The notes beneath the pieces are model-generated. The model worked only from the letters and a program-made list of their open reading frames with translations. It was not told where the DNA came from and searched no databases. Shown in pieces: positions 57,827 through 59,743 of a DNA stretch of 59,743 nt (its first letter is position 1; each line of letters starts with the position of its first letter). Made by a program: the position numbers and the translations under genes. The stretch is from the NCBI GenBank assembly GCA_000434335.1, contig FR878266.1:79048-138790 (forward strand), written 5' to 3'. This DNA is from Clostridium sp. CAG:492. Lineage in GTDB: Bacteria > Bacillota > Clostridia > TANB77 > CAG-508.

Positions 57827-58225
57827 TTACTCAGCTGAATTATTGCCTGTTCCAGAATTTTCAGTATTTTCTTGTGTAGTAGTTTCTTCTGTTACATTTG
57901 AATCTTCTGTATTTGTTTCGTCAGTAGTTGTGTTTGATTCTGTATTTTCATTTGATGATTGATTTACAGTTTGTTCTATTACAGTATTATTACCTTTTAT
58001 TTTTTCTTCAGCTTTTATTAAAACATTTTCATTAAAAGCTAAGAATATAAAGTCTAATATAAATACAATAATTGCCACAACTAATACTATTCCTATAACA
58101 GTTGCAGTATCATTAGCCAAGCTCTTAGGTGTTGGCCAAGAAACCTTTTTTAACTCTGCTTTTGATTCTTTAAGAAAACTTTTTTTTGGATTTTTATTCT
58201 TTTTATTTTTTTCATCTTTAGCCAT
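57827..58225 (-). CDS. secE: Preprotein translocase subunit SecE with an unusually long low-complexity C-terminal extension
   Basis: ELKKVSWPT motif plus a single TM helix, in the expected position between rpmG and nusG. This is followed by about 70 aa rich in N/T/E/S. Confidence 0.8.
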   Translation of the reverse strand: MAKDEKNKKNKNPKKSFLKESKAELKKVSWPTPKSLANDTATVIGIVLVVAIIVFILDFIFLAFNENVLIKAEEKIKGNNTVIEQTVNQSSNENTESNTTTDETNTEDSNVTEETTTQENTENSGTGNNSAE

Positions 58226-58246
58226 TAAAAATTCCTCCTTGAAAGG

Positions 58247-58411
58247 TTATTTTGTTTCTTTATGTGTTGTACGTTTTTTGCAGAATGGACAATATTTTAC
58301 TACTTCAAGTCTATCTGTTGTATTTTTTTTATTTTTTTCAGTTGTATAATTTCTTCTTTTACAATCTGAACATGCTAATGTTATTGATTCTCTTGCTCCT
58401 TTTGCAGCCAT
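58247..58411 (-). CDS. rpmG: 50S ribosomal protein L33
   Basis: GGAGGTG RBS. Encodes [54 protein letters not shown]. Below the ORF-track size cutoff. Confidence 0.9.
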   Translation of the reverse strand: MAAKGARESITLACSDCKRRNYTTEKNKKNTTDRLEVVKYCPFCKKRTTHKETK

Positions 58412-58512
58412 TTTAGATACACCTCCAGCTAATTATTTTTGCTATATTTTATATAAGCTATCTATTTCTTAAATCATATGCTTAAATATTTTATCACTTG
58501 TTTTTAGATATG

Positions 58513-59106
58513 TCAACCTCTAAAAGAGTTATTTTTACTTTTCTTCTTCTTTTTGGTAACTGAAAAGCCAAATTTTCCAATTTTCTTACCTAAAGAATAA
58601 TATCCACCATTTGAATATGCTATTAAATTGCATTTAGATATATCAAATGCACCATTTTCATCTATGTATTTTTTATCAGCATCAATTGATAAAACATCTG
58701 CAATTATCATATGATGACTACCTAGCTCTTTTATTTCCTTTACTTTGCATTCAACTGCTACTGGACTTTCTTTTATTAGTGGACATTTTACAAATTTTCC
58801 CTTTTCTTTTGTTAATTTCATTTCTTTAAATTTATCATATTTAGAGCCTGACCTTACACCACACCAATCTGTTGCATATGCCAATTTTTCATTTGTTAAA
58901 TTGATAACAAATTCACCATTTTCTTTTATTAAATTGTATGAATAACGCTCTGGTCTTACAGATATATAGCACATTGCTGGATTTGTATTTATTATACCTG
59001 TCCAAGCAACCGTCATAATATTTGCATTTTCAAAAGTTCCAGATGTAACCATTACAGCTGGAATTGGATATACAAAAGTTCCAGCCTTCCATATTTCTCT
59101 TGACAT
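58513..59106 (-). CDS. Flavin reductase-like FMN-binding (split-barrel) protein
   Basis: 197 aa. PIPAVMVTSG...NIMTVAWTG is typical of the flavin reductase domain. Confidence 0.8.
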   Translation of the reverse strand: MSREIWKAGTFVYPIPAVMVTSGTFENANIMTVAWTGIINTNPAMCYISVRPERYSYNLIKENGEFVINLTNEKLAYATDWCGVRSGSKYDKFKEMKLTKEKGKFVKCPLIKESPVAVECKVKEIKELGSHHMIIADVLSIDADKKYIDENGAFDISKCNLIAYSNGGYYSLGKKIGKFGFSVTKKKKKSKNNSFRG

Positions 59107-59315
59107 TTTCTTCTCCTTTTACAAAATTAATTTATTATAATTTGAATTATATCATTTTATAATATCATTTCCAAGATGATTTATATAATTGTTAAATTCT
59201 TTAAAACTCAAACCCGGTCTAACTTCAAAAAATTCTTTAGTTGTACTTTCTTTTCCACCTCTTAGATTAATATAATAATTAACTATAGAGCTTACAGCTT
59301 CTCTTATATTAAAAT

Positions 59316-59360
59316 AAAGCATAAATTAAAAATAAGAGCTTTATTTCTAATTTATGCTTT
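59316..59360 (-). terminator. Hairpin terminating the 5S transcription unit
   Basis: 13-bp arms aaagcataaatta / taatttatgcttt, 16 nt downstream of the chimeric relic on the minus strand. Confidence 0.5.
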
Positions 59361-59376
59361 ATAAAAATAAAAAATC

Positions 59377-59451
59377 TGGCAACAACCTATCTTCTCAGCA
59401 GGGGACCTATCGGTTAACAGCCGAGCGCTCTACCAACTGAGCTAAAGAGGA
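59377..59451 (-). pseudogene. Chimeric relic: the 5' 48 nt of tRNA-Asn(GTT) fused to the last 27 nt of a 5S rRNA
   Basis: The minus strand reads TCCTCTTTAGCTCAGTTGGTAGAGCGCTCGGCTGTTAACCGATAGGTC (acceptor, D arm, anticodon arm with GTT, variable loop), then CCCTGCTGAGAAGATAGGTTGTTGCCA. That second part matches the 3' end of the adjacent 5S gene at 25 of 27 positions. There is no T arm and no 3' acceptor strand. Confidence 0.7.
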
Positions 59452-59459
59452 ATATATAA

Positions 59460-59573
59460 TGGCAACAACCTATTTTCTCAACAGGGTAACCCGTAAATAT
59501 TTTCAGCACATTGAAGCTTGACTTCTGTGTTCGGTATGGGAACAGGTATTTCCTTCATGTAATCATCACCACT
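59460..59573 (-). rRNA. rrf: 5S ribosomal RNA (stand-alone copy)
   Basis: The minus strand contains CCTGTTCCCATACCGAACACAGAAGTCAAGC (universal 5S loop B / helix III region). The 5' and 3' ends can pair. Length is about 114 nt. Confidence 0.85.
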
Positions 59574-59579
59574 TTTTGT

Positions 59580-59608
59580 ATTATATACTATCACTTTTTA
59601 TTATGCAA
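59580..59608 (-). promoter_or_regulatory. Sigma-A promoter directly upstream of the 5S gene
   Basis: TTGCAT (59608-59603), 17 nt, TATAAT (59585-59580) on the minus strand. The -10 box ends 6 nt before the 5S 5' end. Confidence 0.5.
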
Positions 59609-59677
59609 TACTTTTTTTAAATTTATTCAAATTTTTTTACTTAAAATTATAAGTTATAACTAATTAGAGCAAAAAAA

Positions 59678-59703
59678 ATACTTAAATTGTTACATTTAAG
59701 TAT
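59678..59703 (-). terminator. Terminator immediately after tRNA-Asn
   Basis: atacttaaat / atttaagtat hairpin, followed by T8 on the minus strand. Confidence 0.7.
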
Positions 59704-59705
59704 TT

Positions 59706-59743
59706 TGGCTCCTCTTGTTGGACTCGAACCAACGACCTATCGG
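59706..59743 (-). tRNA. 3' part of a tRNA (probably tRNA-Asn) continuing past the right edge
   Basis: The minus strand reads CCGATAGGTCGTTGGTTCGAGTCCAACAAGAGGAGCCA: T arm GTTGG-TTCGAGT-CCAAC, acceptor AAGAGGA, encoded CCA. The acceptor strand complements the TCCTCTT 5' end of the relic at 59451, and both share CCGATAGGTC. Confidence 0.75.

Noticed and set aside
59152-59322. 56-aa minus-strand ORF (MLYFNIREAVSSIVNYYINLRGGKESTTKEFFEVRPGLSFKEFNNYINHLGNDIIK)
   Set aside because: There is no Shine-Dalgarno sequence, and its ATG lies inside the terminator hairpin of the 5S unit. The sequence looks protein-like, so it may be the C-terminal remnant of a gene truncated by the rRNA/tRNA rearrangement, but it cannot be supported as a functional gene.
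1-59743. Search by eye for CRISPR arrays, long tandem repeats, integrases/recombinases, prophage or conjugative modules
   Set aside because: No regularly spaced direct repeats and no intact mobile-element genes were seen. The only mobile DNA is the transposase relic at 655-1035. A by-eye scan can miss short or degenerate arrays.

Overview
Very AT-rich chromosomal segment from a low-GC Firmicute of Clostridia type (spoIIE, sepF/divIVA, mreBCD, disA/radA present). There are about 60 protein genes and almost all are on the minus strand. In minus-strand order (right to left): a tRNA-Asn at the window edge, a stand-alone 5S rRNA gene followed by a tRNA-Asn/5S chimeric relic, a flavin reductase, rpmG-secE-nusG-rplK-rplA-rplJ-rplL, plsX-acpP-rnc, a radical-SAM gene, YitT, a DD-carboxypeptidase, DUF4321-radC-mreBCD-PBP2, a small plus-strand three-ORF cassette, spoIIE, an Ig-repeat membrane protein, a tiny Cys-rich peptide gene, mutL-miaA, an HlyD-like gene, sepF-divIVA-rsmD, ftsK, a 507-aa orphan, a beta-CASP RNase, GH15, radA-disA, a cyclophilin, a membrane protein, a P-loop-kinase/ParB-fold fusion, hsp20 with a CIRCE operator, malic enzyme, an HD protein, sugar-related genes (GH144-like, ROK), and then about 10 kb of accessory DNA at the left end. 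That left end is visibly eroding. It holds an ABC-F relic that keeps its leader peptide, a nonsense-mutated P-loop gene, a Nudix/2H-phosphoesterase pair abutting a methyltransferase stump, small enzyme genes (SAM-MTase, SanA, ASCH, GNAT, def, cdd), and a defence-type islet: an ApeA-like HEPN protein, an IS transposase relic, and a DUF4365-like nuclease gene with no canonical start codon that runs off the edge. No CRISPR array, prophage or intact mobile element was seen. The main points for follow-up are the defence islet, the kinase-ParB fusion, the orphan 5S plus tRNA/5S chimera, a GTCAA-N15-TTGAC motif present three times around hsp20, two single-base frameshifts in rsmD and divIVA, and the ABC-F attenuator relic. 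All family assignments come from motif recognition by eye. No database search or folding program was run.
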